A DNA stretch of 64,000 nt from contig OZ360224.1 of the NCBI GenBank assembly GCA_977017645.1, positions 76,632,001 to 76,696,000 on the forward strand. The letters run 5' to 3'. Source of the stretch: Torpedo marmorata. Lineage: Eukaryota. Under the pieces are notes generated by a model. The model was given only the letters and a program-made list of their open reading frames with translations. It had not been told where the DNA came from and ran no database searches. A program made the translations under genes and the position numbers. Shown one piece after another: positions 25,601-37,341 of the stretch. Every line of letters starts with the position of its first letter. The first letter of the stretch is position 1.

Positions 25601-25757
25601 TTGATTAGGTAGTCAAACTGCTCCTTACATTCTGAACAGCCAAAGTCAGTAGTCCAGGCATGCCCAATTGTAAACTTATGAAACTTGAGCATATCCATGA
25701 CTCCCACCTGTACAACGGCACAGCCAAAGAGGTCAGGTCGCTGATTCACACAAGCTG
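25601..25757 (-). CDS. PREP: Prolyl endopeptidase penultimate exon, 157 bp
   Basis: [53 protein letters not shown]. Acceptor aaacAG, donor GTaagt, phase 1/2. Confidence 0.96.
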
Positions 25758-25969
25758 CTGTTTTAAAGAAAGCATAAAGCAGCATAAGAAAGGCAACAAT
25801 TAACTGAGACTATAAAGCATCAGAAAGGAAAAATTAACTTAGAGAAGTTGATCTAAAAAAGGTACAAATATAAATAAATGCTAATTAAACATAAGTTAGC
25901 CTCTACAACTTTTAAAGAACATTTAATGTAGCAATTTGTTCCAAGCCACTTTACAAGAGTTATCATACA

Positions 25970-26425
25970 AACATAAGAAATTGGTGTAATAGGTCCATCT
26001 GCCCTCAACCCTGTTCAAACCAATCATTAAAATAATGACTATTGAAATCTTGGCCTCAACACCATTTTCTCACTCCCTTTCCGTAACTCTCAAATCCCTT
26101 ATAGTTTTCATGTCTATCTACTACTTGAATCTTGAATATATTCAATGACTTAAGTGTATAGAATTTCTGAAGCTTGCAGGCCTCAGAGAAGAAACTCCTT
26201 CTCTGCTCCATCTTAAATGTATGAAACTATACCACATGGTTCGATCGTTCGAGATACACCAACGAGGGGAAACATCTCAACCAATCACTCAACCAATTCC
26301 CCTCAGAATCTTTTAAGTTTCAATGGGATCACTTTTTACGCTTAGATACTCCATTGAACATTTATCCAACTCTTATTAATCTTCTTCATATATCAATCCA
26401 TTCATCTCAGGAACCATGTTGTGAA
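25970..26425 (-). mobile_element. Old CR1 3' fragment
   Basis: acataagaaa...ggtccatctgccctc tail and a degenerate cctcagagaagaaactcctt segment typical of CR1 3' ends. Confidence 0.55.
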
Positions 26426-26434
26426 CTTCTCAGT

Positions 26435-26871
26435 ATGGTTGAACCTCTATTATCTGGAGCTCTGTGGTCCGGCAACTCCCGTAGTCCGGACCACAGAGCG
26501 CAACGCCTTTACAGCGCCAGCGATCGGGACGTTAGTACAAACTCCTTACAGACAGCACGGGACTCGAACCCCGGTCCGATCGCTGGCGCTGTAAAGGCTG
26601 AATCTGCCGCGATCGGGACCAGGGATCGAGTCCCGCGCAGTCTGTAAGGAGTTTGTACCAATGTCCCGATCGCTGGCGCTGTAAAGGCGTTGCGCTAACC
26701 GCTAAGTTAATCGTGCCGCCCCACAGTATTATTTCCTGTTTTAAGCTTTGTTCTACCTTTGATATGTTTACATAGGGGGTTCCCTTAGGGGTCAATTTCT
26801 GTTTTCCGGCATTTTCTGTGGTCCAGCAATGGCCAGGTCCTGACGTCGCTGGATTAAAGAGGTTCAACCTG
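26435..26871. mobile_element. Tc1/mariner-pogo (Tigger-like) MITE carrying a rearranged SINE insertion
   Basis: Imperfect TIRs GGTTGAACCTCTATTATC and GATTAAAGAGGTTCAACC. The TA target duplication is not clean. Confidence 0.6.
26497..26720. repeat. Palindrome made of tRNA-SINE head segments, flanked by CCACAG direct repeats
   Basis: Arms of about 87 bp (26497-26583 and 26609-26696), with the outer 34 bp perfectly complementary. SINE 5' end GGCGGCACGATTAAC on the minus strand at 26720. Confidence 0.85.
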
Positions 26872-28299
26872 CACCATCTACAATGTAGGCCTGTAAAGTG
26901 CCAATAATCCCTTTTCCACCTGTTCAGAAATTCTGATGAATTGAACCTTGTTTCAACTCGGTCCTTGTTTCCTGTGCTCACTTTATATTCACTGGGGCCC
27001 TGTTTCCTTAAACTTACCAGAGCCTCATGTCCTGTAATCTGTTCAAAGATACCTGGGCCTCATTTGCTGCATTCACTTTAAACTTGCTGGGTGTGCTGTA
27101 AAATTTATAAAAATACTGTGCAACATTTAAAAAAACTGCACGAGCAAGCACCATGAATGATACTGTTTTGTGCCACTATAACTAAGAACTATGTGGAAAT
27201 GAAATATTGAAATGTTCTGTATTTTGCATGCTTTGATAAGAAATAATAATCATTTCTCTAGTTACTTCAAAATGTGTTGGGTCTTCAAATTGGTTTTATC
27301 TTCCACAGACTATGGCACAGAGGGCTCCCTGTCTTGTGACACCTCCCATGCAGATGCTGGAGTACATTTCTGTTCTTTCACCTCTTCCAACTATCCTGGG
27401 ACACAAAATGTCCCGATGCAGGGTCTTGATACGTGACATTCATCATACCTTTCCTTCAACAGATGCTGCCTGACCTTCTGAGTTCCTCCTGCAGCTTTTG
27501 TTTTTTTTCCCCCCGAGAAAATACCTTTCCAGGTGAAGCAACAATTCCCTCGCACATCTAGTGTACTGCAATGAAGCCTAAATTAGGACTCGCTATCACT
27601 CCATAGAGGGTTAGCCATTTTGGACTGAAATGCCTTCAATAAGAGGGTGATGACTATTTGGAATTCTCTACTCCAGTGAGCAGTGAAATCTCAGTCATTG
27701 AGTGTTTTCAAAACAGATTTATAGATTTCTGAACATTAATGGGATTATGGATATGGATGGAGGGCATGAAAAGTGGTGAGGTAGTTCAGCTATAATCTTG
27801 TTCAATGGCGAAGCAGGGGCTGAATGGCCTATTTTTACACCTATTTCTTATGTTCTTATGGTATAGCTTTGCTACCAAGCTTTAATTCCAATTTACTGAT
27901 CAGATCTCTTTTCATTTCATTGAAACTGATCCTTTTCCAATTGATTACTTATACCTTGGAATGGTCTATATCCTTTTCCATAGCTATTCAAAAGATGTAG
28001 AAAATCATGATAACTCTTTCTTAGATGTTCCCCTGCTAATATTTGCTTCACTTTGCCTCAGTCATTTCCCAGATATGGTTCTTTGTTGGACCAGAAACAT
28101 ACTGATCAAGAAAGTTCTTATGAATCCACTTCAGAAATTCCTCCCACTTTTCTCCCCTGTGTTATTGCTTTTGATAGTTAAACTCCAAAGAAAGAAACAA
28201 AGAATCAATGTAGGCTAAACACAGGGGTGGCTGGAGAACAATCTACTGCAAGGGCATGGGCAACAGGGTCTTGCACAACTTCAAGTTTATGGCATATGG

Positions 28300-29680
28300 A
28301 ACAAGAGATGCTAATGTTGGATTAGTCAGGTATAAAGGTAACAATATCATTGGTTTCTCAGGTTGGGAATTGTAACAGATGCAGTGCCATGGGAGTTATC
28401 TGTTTAAAAACCACTATACTGAAGATGAAGCAACCGAGCGTATTATACCCCAATTTACAGACAGTACAAAGGTAATTGGGAAAGGAAATTGCGGGGAGGA
28501 CAGAATAGACTGGTCATGCTGCTTGCTAGCCAATGGTTGTATGTTGTTGAGTTCATGCCTGATTTTCATACCCATTCTTTGCAGAAGTTAACAGCCAGCG
28601 GGTGGTTGGATGCCACGCATCTGACATCTTGTTTCAACACTGAATCCCAGGGAAGAGCTCAGACATACTGAACTGAGGGACCTGGTGCATTTTAATCTGA
28701 CGATTTAGTATTAAACATGGCTGTTTGATGAAGTACAGTCCAATTCATTTGGGGCATTGACCTTGACTAATAAATGCTTTCAATGTTTTCTTTATTTTAA
28801 ATCTTAATGTTTTAATTAATCTCTATCACCAAAACAAGTTGTATTTTTTAAAAAGTAATTTATTTCTTTCAAAATTTATTGTTTTTAAATGTCACTGATT
28901 ATTAGAGGACTTGAAAAAAATTTAAAGATTTTTGACGGCAGCAAACTGTTGAAAGGTCATTGGGCATTCTGGGGATGGGCTCCAGATCCAGTGGCTGAAA
29001 GTTATTTGCAGCTTGCTGTGCATCAAAGGGTTGCTGCAGCAGTGATATTGGACCAATTTTGAGTACAATCTGGCCATGAGATTCTGCAAAGGGATATAAA
29101 CAGTTTGAATGAGTGGGCAAAAAATTTGCAGATGGAGTATGTGAGGAAATGCAAGATGACTTGGTAGGAGTAGAATTGCAGAATGTTGTTTAAAATGAGA
29201 GTTTCAGAATGCCAAATTAACATGCAGATATAGCCGTAATTAGAAATCAAAAAGGAAGGTTGAATTGCAAGGAATGGAATAGAGAAGTAAAGATATCTTG
29301 CTGCACCTCAGAGGGCTTTGCTAAGACCACATCTGCATGCATTTTGGTCTCAATTTAAGTATATACTTCCATTGGAAGCAAGTTTGGAGAAGATTACTAC
29401 CCGTAGTTTGTTTTACTATCAGGCTCATTTCGCGATTGAGCAGGTTGGTCATTTTCATTGGAGTTGGAAGAGCAAGATGATTTTATTGAAATACAAGATT
29501 CAGAGAGGGCTTGACAAGGTAGATGATGGGAAATAGTTTCTCCTTGTGACAATAGCAAGCTAAAACTATTATGCATAATTTCAGTAAAGGGATTAGCCAT
29601 TGAAACAGAGATGAGGAAGAATTTCTGCTCTTTCGGATTCTCTGCACAAGAGCAAAATATTCTTGATAGATTTTTAGACT
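28300..29680 (+). mobile_element. Very old CR1 remnants
   Basis: Degenerate RT and 3' segments, e.g. gatataaacagtttgaatgagtgggcaaaaaatttgcagatggagta and ttggtctcaatttaag. Confidence 0.5.
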
Positions 29681-29686
29681 CTAGAG

Positions 29687-30059
29687 CAGTGGTTTTCAAA
29701 CTTTTTCTTTCCACACATACCACTTTAAGTAATCCCTATGCCATAGGTGCTCTGTGATTAGTAAGGGATTACTTAAGGTGGTATGTAAGTGGGAAAAAAA
29801 GGTTGAGAGCCACTGCTCTAGACCCAATTGTTACTGAAATATTTTGCTTGAGAAAAGTTGTCATTGGCCCATTTCCTTTGGAGTTATGAAACTGTGCACA
29901 TAACGAGTCAATTAGGTACAATTAAAACAGTGGTTTTCAAACTTTTTCTTTCCACTCACATACCACCTTAAGTAATCCCTTACTAATCACAGAGCACCTA
30001 TGGCATAGGGATTACTTAAGGTGGTATGTGAGTGGAAAGAAAAAGTATGAAAACCACTG
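29687..30059. mobile_element. Composite hAT/Charlie-type MITE: two palindromic units in inverted orientation around a spacer
   Basis: TIR CAGTGGTTTTCA; 8-bp TSD CTCTAGAG/CTCTGGAG; a second copy lies at 50873-51249. Confidence 0.9.
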
Positions 30060-30147
30060 CTCTGGAGTAATCAAAATTACTGGGGAAGAAGCCAACTAAG
30101 TTTCAGTAAGAACTAAAATCCACACATTAACAAATAAATTAACATAC

Positions 30148-30279
30148 CCACTAAAAGGCCACCATTAGAACCTCCATTGATGGTCAGTTTCTTTGAAGTA
30201 GTGTAGCCTTCCTTGATAAGAATTTCAGCAGCACATTGAAAATCATCAAAACAATTTTGCTTGTTTTCCAGCATACCTC
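30148..30279 (-). CDS. PREP: Prolyl endopeptidase exon, 132 bp, with the catalytic Ser motif GGSNGG
   Basis: [43 protein letters not shown]. Acceptor ttgcAG, donor GTatgt, phase 1/1. Confidence 0.96.
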
Positions 30280-30490
30280 CTGCAATCAAGACACAATAGC
30301 ATGTTGATTTGGAGATTTTTTTACCAGTTAATATTATTTCTATAGTCAATTAAAGAGTAACCAAATGCATCTAAAAATATTTCTAAGCACCCTGTTATCA
30401 TTCAAAATCACTGAAGTTACATAAAATGAATGCACTTGATATTCATAGAAAAGGCATATCATCTTTTTAAAGGAAGTGAAATGTTATAAT

Positions 30491-30590
30491 AGTTCAAGTT
30501 TATTCTCATTCAATTGTATAAGTACAACCCGACGAAACAGCGTTAGGAGCCGAAGTGGCTGCTGCAACCTCATGCGCCACCATTTTATTT
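30491..30590 (-). mobile_element. Very short non-autonomous element with a Rex/Babar-type tail
   Basis: Minus strand AAAATGGTGGCGC...ctgtttcgtcgggttgtac...AATAAACTTGAACT. Confidence 0.45.
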
Positions 30591-31419
30591 TCAAAAATTA
30601 ACCTTGGCCAAATTTTAGTCCGCAACTACGGTAAATCCTTAACTGTGAAATAAAGATATGAAATTGGCTGTTGGAGATAAAACTTTGAAACGAAACCAAG
30701 GAAAAGTACAAAAAAATCTGTTGATTCTTGCATAGCTTGTTCTGAGGGAACCATTGTATTGCAGTAGGACGTGAAGGATGTATACAGGCTGATGCAGAGG
30801 ACAGGACTGAAATGTGGTTGAGACTGTTAATATGAAAAGGAAATAAAAATAAAATACATGTAGCAGCTAAAGATCCTGTACCTTATCAATTTGATAAGGT
30901 AATATCAATTTGTCTTTCGGATAAAACTTACGGTTTTTCTAACTTCTCACATAAGTATGAAAAGTTCCAAAGGTGGTATTATTTCAATAAAGTGGAGACT
31001 TCTCCTGATGCCTCAGTTATTATTTATCTGAAAGCCAAAATCTCCAGAACAGATTCTTCTGATAATTGCCATTTGTATCTACTGGATCTTAATGAGTATG
31101 GATTGCCTCTTTCCCCATGTTATATCATTACAAAGGTACTTTGATAATCCTAAACTACATTGGGATTTTCTCAGTTTTAAAGGGCTGGGGAAATGCAAAT
31201 TCAATCATTTATGGTAGCATCATATTTTTTGATTAATGACAGGCATTTTATATGCATCCTCAGCACCAGACTCACTATATAAATGTGGTAGTGTTGGGAC
31301 AGGTGTGAAAACAATTCACTCTGCAAACTTTGGTGAAGTTCCCAGCCTGTATGCTAGATGGTAACATCACAGCATTTCGACTGTGCTGTACATTCTACTT
31401 ACTGGCATGATGTCAAATA

Positions 31420-31975
31420 TTCTTATCAAACATCCACAGGTGCACTGTGTAAAGTATACTGATCGATTGCATCACGGCCTGGTTTGGAAACCTGCCCACG
31501 AATGCAGAAGGCTGCACAAAGTGGCAAACATAGTCAAGCCCATCACGGCCACTGACCTCCTATCCGTTGAAGACGCTGCCTCAAGAAGGCAGCCAACATC
31601 ATAAAGGACCCCTATCAACTGGTCACAATCTCTTCTCACTGGTACCGTGAGGCAGAAGGAACAGAAGCCTGAAGCCCAGCACCTCCAGGTTCAAGAAGTT
31701 TTTTTTCCAACAGATATTAGACTCTTGAATCTCCCTGTAATACCAAACTACTCTGGGATCACCAAAAGATCTGAATGATCTCTTTTTTTTCTTGCACTAA
31801 CTGTAACTGAATATTTATCAATCCTTTTGTATTTATCATCCCCTTTTCTGTCTTGGCATATTGTAGTAATTTTCTTATACTTTGTAGTTGGTAATCTTAC
31901 ATATCTGGTTGCAGCAAGTAAGAATTTCAGTGCTTCTGCAGATTGCACTTAGATGTGAAAATAAACTCTCATCTC
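31420..31975 (+). mobile_element. Rex/Babar-type LINE 3' fragment
   Basis: tgcatcacggcctggtttggaaac...ccaacatcataaaggaccc...ggcagaagg...tccaggttcaagaa, with an AATAAA tail. Confidence 0.7.
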
Positions 31976-31984
31976 AAATTCTCC

Positions 31985-33615
31985 ATTACTGCAGATTTTG
32001 TGCCTTTATGCCATAAAATATTGAAATGCTTAAACCTGCTAAAGACCACATTTGCTGGACGTTCCTTTTCCATTTAGAGAAATCATGGGGTAGGGATTCC
32101 CAAGAGTCAATATGTACGTTCCATATTTTCAATGAATTGTTTCGCCTATTTTCCTGGTAATCTTTTGCCAGGATGGAACCTGATGTACCCATTTCAGGAA
32201 TCTGATGTTTGACTTGTGCAGCCTCTCCATCAGAACCAGAAGTGTGTGTAATGAGAATCTTGATGCAGAGAACGTTGGCCTTGAGAGGAGGCCTATTAGA
32301 GGAGCCAATGGTGTTTTTAAACTAAAATTGCACAACCACGGGTCTGTGCCCAAGATTGCGGCGCCTGTGCTCAGCAGCGGTCACGAGAGGTCGTAGACGC
32401 CACAGAGCAGTGGACCAGCACAGAGCACCTTAAACAGGAACACCCCCATTGAGAAGGAGGAAACAGACCAAGTTGATGGACCAGCGAATGACCCACACCG
32501 GCTACGGGAGACTTGCAGTTGGGGGAGCTGCACGAGCTGCTGGAGACTAGCTCACGGGAACCAGGTATCGGAACCAGGATTCGAGAGGGTGCTTGGGGCA
32601 AAAAGGGCTCCCAAAGGGCCTTGGGCACTGAAGGCTTCCCGACCATGTCAGAAATTTGGATCTGGAGCTTGGGTTGCCGATGGATCGAATAGGAGTCTGT
32701 GCCGCTGCAGAGGCTGCAGGAGCGCTGGTCGCAAATCCATGGACACTCGGTGACTTTGAAGGGATCCTCTTTTGCTTCTCTTTTTCTCATATTTAAGGGT
32801 GACACTAATGGCGACTCTTTGTCTGCCTTATGGCAGGCAGAAGGCAATTTTGTGTAATATCACCTGTTCTGTACTATTACATGACAATAAAGGAATCATG
32901 AATCTTTCTCTGGCAGTGGATTTAGATGACTGCAGATGCTGTGTTGGTGTACCTATCCAGTGATTTTAGGTGTCTGATGTAGGTAGTCTATTTCTCTGAG
33001 TAGTGGGGAGGAGAAGAAAATAATTCACTGCTCTCCAGTAGAAAGCAGTGAATTTCCATATGAGTCTAACACTTATCCTCAGATGATCCATGGTCATGTT
33101 GATGCAGTGGAGGGAGTGGTAAATACCAACATCAATGCCCGCCCTTGCCGAGAGCTGGCTTCTGAGATATGGAAAGTGATCTTCTGGGACATCAGAGCAG
33201 TGGGAGCAGATTGGTAAAGGACCTTTGTTTTGCAGTTAATTACTACGTCTCATTTTTAATACATGTCAGTGAACAAGATGACATCTTGGAACCTTAACCT
33301 GCAATTATCTGTATATGCAAGTGCTGACAGTACAGCAGCTTGAAGGCCGAAATTGGAGTGACCTTAGTTTTGAAGTGGAAGTGACAAAAGTTGAATAATT
33401 TTCCATTTCTCTGTAAATTAATTCCACTCTGGTAGGAAGCTCGTTGGAGGCAAGGTCTATAAAGCTGTGATAAAGATCGAGAATGGGATTAGGATTATGG
33501 TGGCCCCAATGATTCACATCAGTGGCTTGCGTGCTATCATATACCAGATGAAGAACAGAGACAAATTTCTGAGGGCAGCCTAGTCTTTTTGGTTGCCAAA
33601 GTCAATGCTTTTGTT
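31985..33615 (-). mobile_element. Highly decayed RTE-like LINE, host to a later insertion; may continue at about 35850-36000
   Basis: Weak residual RT and C-terminal coding patterns recognised by eye only. Confidence 0.35.
32312..32904 (+). mobile_element. Non-coding non-autonomous retroelement: GC-rich body and a CATGACAATAAAGGAATC tail
   Basis: A related inverted copy at 62236-62580 shares cactc(g/a)gtgact, tctcttttgcttctc, tgtgtaatat and acatgacaataaa. Confidence 0.65.
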
Positions 33616-33629
33616 TGATTGATGTATTG

Positions 33630-35847
33630 TTTTTTTAAATTTTATTTTATTTAAAATTTTTAAATCACACATTACATAGTTTAAAATGCAAAATTATCAA
33701 ATTACATGTGATACATTTTCACCCTCCCTCCCTCCCCTCCCTAACCCTCCCGAAAAAAAGAAAGGAAGAAGGAAAAGATAAAGTAAGGAGAATGTCACTC
33801 TAAACAAAACAACTGTAAACTAATTTTATTATGGAACACAGGTTCGCCAGTCAGATCCAATATCCGGAGATCTTCAAATCCTTAAACCGACAGTTTTTAT
33901 ATATGGGCTCCATATTTTCAAGAAGAAATGATATTTATTATGTAAATTATAAGTAATTTTTTTCAAGTGGTATACATGAATGCAATTCTGCATGCCATCT
34001 TTCTAACCCTAAATCTACATCCGATTTCCATGTAATAGCAATGCATTTCTTAGAAACAGCTAAAGCAATACGTAAAAATTCTGTTTGATACATATTTAAT
34101 TTCATTTTAACACTGATTCTCTTAATATCTCCAAACAAAAATATCATAGGATCCATTGGGAGTGTAATTCTTAATACTTTATCTAAAAACTTTTTAACTT
34201 TCAACCAAAAATCATATATCTTTGGACAAAACCATGTAGAATGTACAAAAGAACCTTCCTCTCTATTACATCTAAAACATAAGCCGGATAATGTCGGATT
34301 AAATTTCTTTAATTTTTTAGGTGTTAAATATAATTGATGAAAAAAATTATATTGCACCAATCTATATCTAACATTAATAATCTTCGTCATACTTTGTTTA
34401 CATAATTCTTTCCAATATTCTTCATCTATTGTTACATTCAAATCTGTTTCCCAATTTAATCTTGATTTATGAATTCCTGGTTTAGGCATTTTCCTCTGTA
34501 ACAATCTATACATTTGAGAAATAAATTTATTAACACCTCCATTAGTAACTAATAATTCCAATTCATTCTGTCTTGGTAAAATCAAACTATGGCCCAACCT
34601 TTCAACTAAAAATGCTCTAATTTGATAGTAAGCAAAGATTGTATTATTTGCTACATTAAACTTATCTTTCATTCTGTGAATAGGGTGGTGAAGAAGGCTT
34701 TTAGTATGCTGGCCTTCATTAATCAATGCATAGAATATAGGAGTTGGGAAGTGATGTTGAGATTATATAAGGCTTTGGTGCGGCCTAATTTAGAGTTCTG
34801 TGTGCAGTTCTGGTCGCCAAATTATAGGAAGGATATCAACAAAGTGGAGAGAGTGCAGAGAAGGTTTACCAGAATGTTACCTGGGTTTAAGAATTTAGAG
34901 TACAAGGAGAGATTGAGCAGATTAGGTCTTTATTCTTTGGAGCGTAGAAGGTTGAGAGGGGATTTGATAGAGGTATTTAAAATTATGAAAGGGATAGACA
35001 GAGTGGATGTGGATAGACTATTTCCATTAAGAATAGGAGAGATTGAAACAAGAGGACATGAGCTAAGAGTTAAGGGGCAGAGGTTTAGAGGTAACATGAG
35101 GGGGAACTTCTTTACTCAGAGAGTGGTAGCAGTGTGGAATGAGCTTCCGGGAGAAGTAGTGGCGGCAGAGTCAATTTTAGTATTTAAGAAAAAGTTGGAC
35201 AAGTATATGGATGAGAGGGAAGTGGAGGGTTATGGGCAAGGTGCAGGTAGGTGGGACTAGATAGGAATGTTTTGGTTCGGTGCGGACTGGAAGGGCCTAA
35301 TGGCCTGTTTCCGTGCTGTAATTGTTATATGGTTATATGGTTATATGGTAATAAATTTACTAGCTTCAAAACAATCATTTATTTCCTTAATTCCCTTTTG
35401 GAACCAAATTTTAAATAATTGATTATCAACAGTAAATGGGATGTTTATTTTGATATAGAGGCATTTTTCGAGAAATTGACCCTTTCGCTCCTATTTCTCT
35501 CTCCACTCTATTCCATATTTCTAACAAATGTCTAAAAATAGGAGAATTTTTCCCTCTTGTTAATAATAATTTAGAATTCCATTTATAAATAACTTCTTCT
35601 TTCAAATCCTCTCCTATATTATTTAATTCTATTCTAATCCAAGCAGAGAGTTTTCCTAAATCAAACATTTCGTTAATACATTTTAATTGGGCTGCTTTAT
35701 AGTAATATTGAAAATTAGGAAGTTGTAGACCACCCATTTCATAATTCCAAGTTAATTTCTCCATACCTACTCTAGCCAACTTTCCTTTCCACAAGAATTT
35801 CCTAATAATTAAATTTAAATCTTTAAAAAATTTTTGAGGAATTTCAT
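33630..35847 (-). mobile_element. 5'-truncated L1 interrupted by a CR1
   Basis: EIPQKFFKDLN...LPNFQ (35426-35847) continues as RMKDKFN...CFRC..HSTWFC (33947-34675); poly-T at 33630. Confidence 0.9.
34676..35348 (+). mobile_element. 5'-truncated CR1 inserted into an L1, with a (GGTTATAT)n tail
   Basis: Open frame VVKKAFSML...LEFCVQFWSPNY...RGDLIEVFKI; 8-bp tail repeats at 35323-35348. Confidence 0.92.
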
Positions 35848-36289
35848 GTACATTGTTGATGATATTCCCTGCAGTTTTTAACTGGTTAAAATCATGTTCA
35901 ATGTGCCTCTTGAGAGGAATGCACTGGAATTCAAGCAATCCTTCAACATGAGTTGAAGGTTGAAGGGGTCTCTTGTGACACCTGCATGCCCTTATGTTGT
36001 TAAAGATTAAAATTTTCAAAAATGCTTTAAAGAAATCTGAATGAAAGCTAAAAATTACACATCAGTTATAGATTTCAATGCTAAATAAATCACAACTGCT
36101 CAGTCCAGCTATGAAGAGGGATTTATTAATAGGATATTTTATCCTGGACTGATCCGGTACCATTCTTTGATAATAATAATAATTGCACTGGTTTCAGAAA
36201 GATTTAATAATGCATGCCTTCAAATGCTTTAGTAATAGAGATAACAGGAAATAACCTTAGCTGTTGGTTCCTGTAAAAGCTTTATAGGT

Positions 36290-37030
36290 TTTCCAAACTT
36301 AATAATCTGTTGGAGTTCAGGAGAGTGATAGGGTACTTGATTGAAACATCAAAGATCCTGAGGTATTGACAGGACTGGATAGACGTGAAGAGGATGTTTT
36401 CTCTTCTGGGAGAATCTAGAACCATGGCTTACTATTTAAAGGAAGGACCCACATAAGACAGATGAGGTGAAATAGGCCCGAAATGAAAGGGACATGGAAG
36501 GTCACCTGATATCAATGGATAATGAATATTAATTTCATCATTATTATGGTTATTTACAAGAACACACAGAATAGGTACAAGAGGAGGCCACCAGATATTC
36601 AATATCATCATGGCTGATCTATGAATTCCTCAAATCCAGTTCTGTGCCAGTTCCCTATCACCCTCAATCTTTCAAATATTTATCTATCTCCACCTTGAAT
36701 ATTTCTAATGATCTGGCCTCCCTTCTGAGGAGAGAATTCCAGAGATTCAATACTCAGAAAAGAAATTTCTATGGACTTCAGTTTTTACATGGCCAATCCC
36801 TTATCATTTAACTAAGTCCTTTATTGTTTGCTAATTTCCCATTAGTGAAAATATCTAAACATCTACCCTGTCAAGCCATCTTATGATCTTATATATTTGA
36901 ATAAGGTCACCTATTCTTCTAAACTCAAAGCAATATAGACCAAAATTGTCTACCCTTTCATCCTAGGAATTAACCTGGTGAATTGCTGTTGGACCACCCC
37001 AATGCTACTAAATCCTTTTGGGGGTCCAAA
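36290..37030. mobile_element. Old CR1 3' fragments: plus strand at about 36290-36480, minus strand at about 36560-37030
   Basis: Degenerate gaggatgttttctcttctgggagaatctagaacca and gagaattccagagattcaatactcagaaaagaaatttct segments. Confidence 0.5.
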
Positions 37031-37341
37031 TAATTTCACATCATCTTAATTAATCAACCAAATAATCTGAAAATCTATCCACTGTGGCATCCCTTGCTTC
37101 TTAATGTAATAATTTTGGCTAAACTGCACTTGTTGGGTAGAGATTGCTGACAGGTCTTGCTAAGCCATCTCCATTTCAGTCACATTGACTAATTTTACCA
37201 AGAAATGCCTTTTACAAGTATTTTTTTTTGTTTAAATGTCACCAATTTACATTCCAAGAATTAAGACATTCACAGAAATAAAATGAAATTAAAATGCATA
37301 AGCATACTCAGTATAAATACTTGTAACAAGTGCACATATTC

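Noticed and set aside
29687-30059. CRISPR-like or other prokaryotic repeat array
   Set aside because: The repeats are inverted, bounded by hAT TIRs and an 8-bp TSD; there are no unique spacers or cas genes, and the context is a vertebrate intron.
30113-30349. ORF-track starts and ends for the PREP pieces (also 25597-25785 and 12273-12542)
   Set aside because: The ORF limits run into introns or start internally; the true boundaries are set by splice sites and phase.
33947-36019. ORFs 33947-34726, 34622-35260 and 35426-36019 as genes
   Set aside because: They are L1 and CR1 fragments whose N-termini read through insertion junctions.
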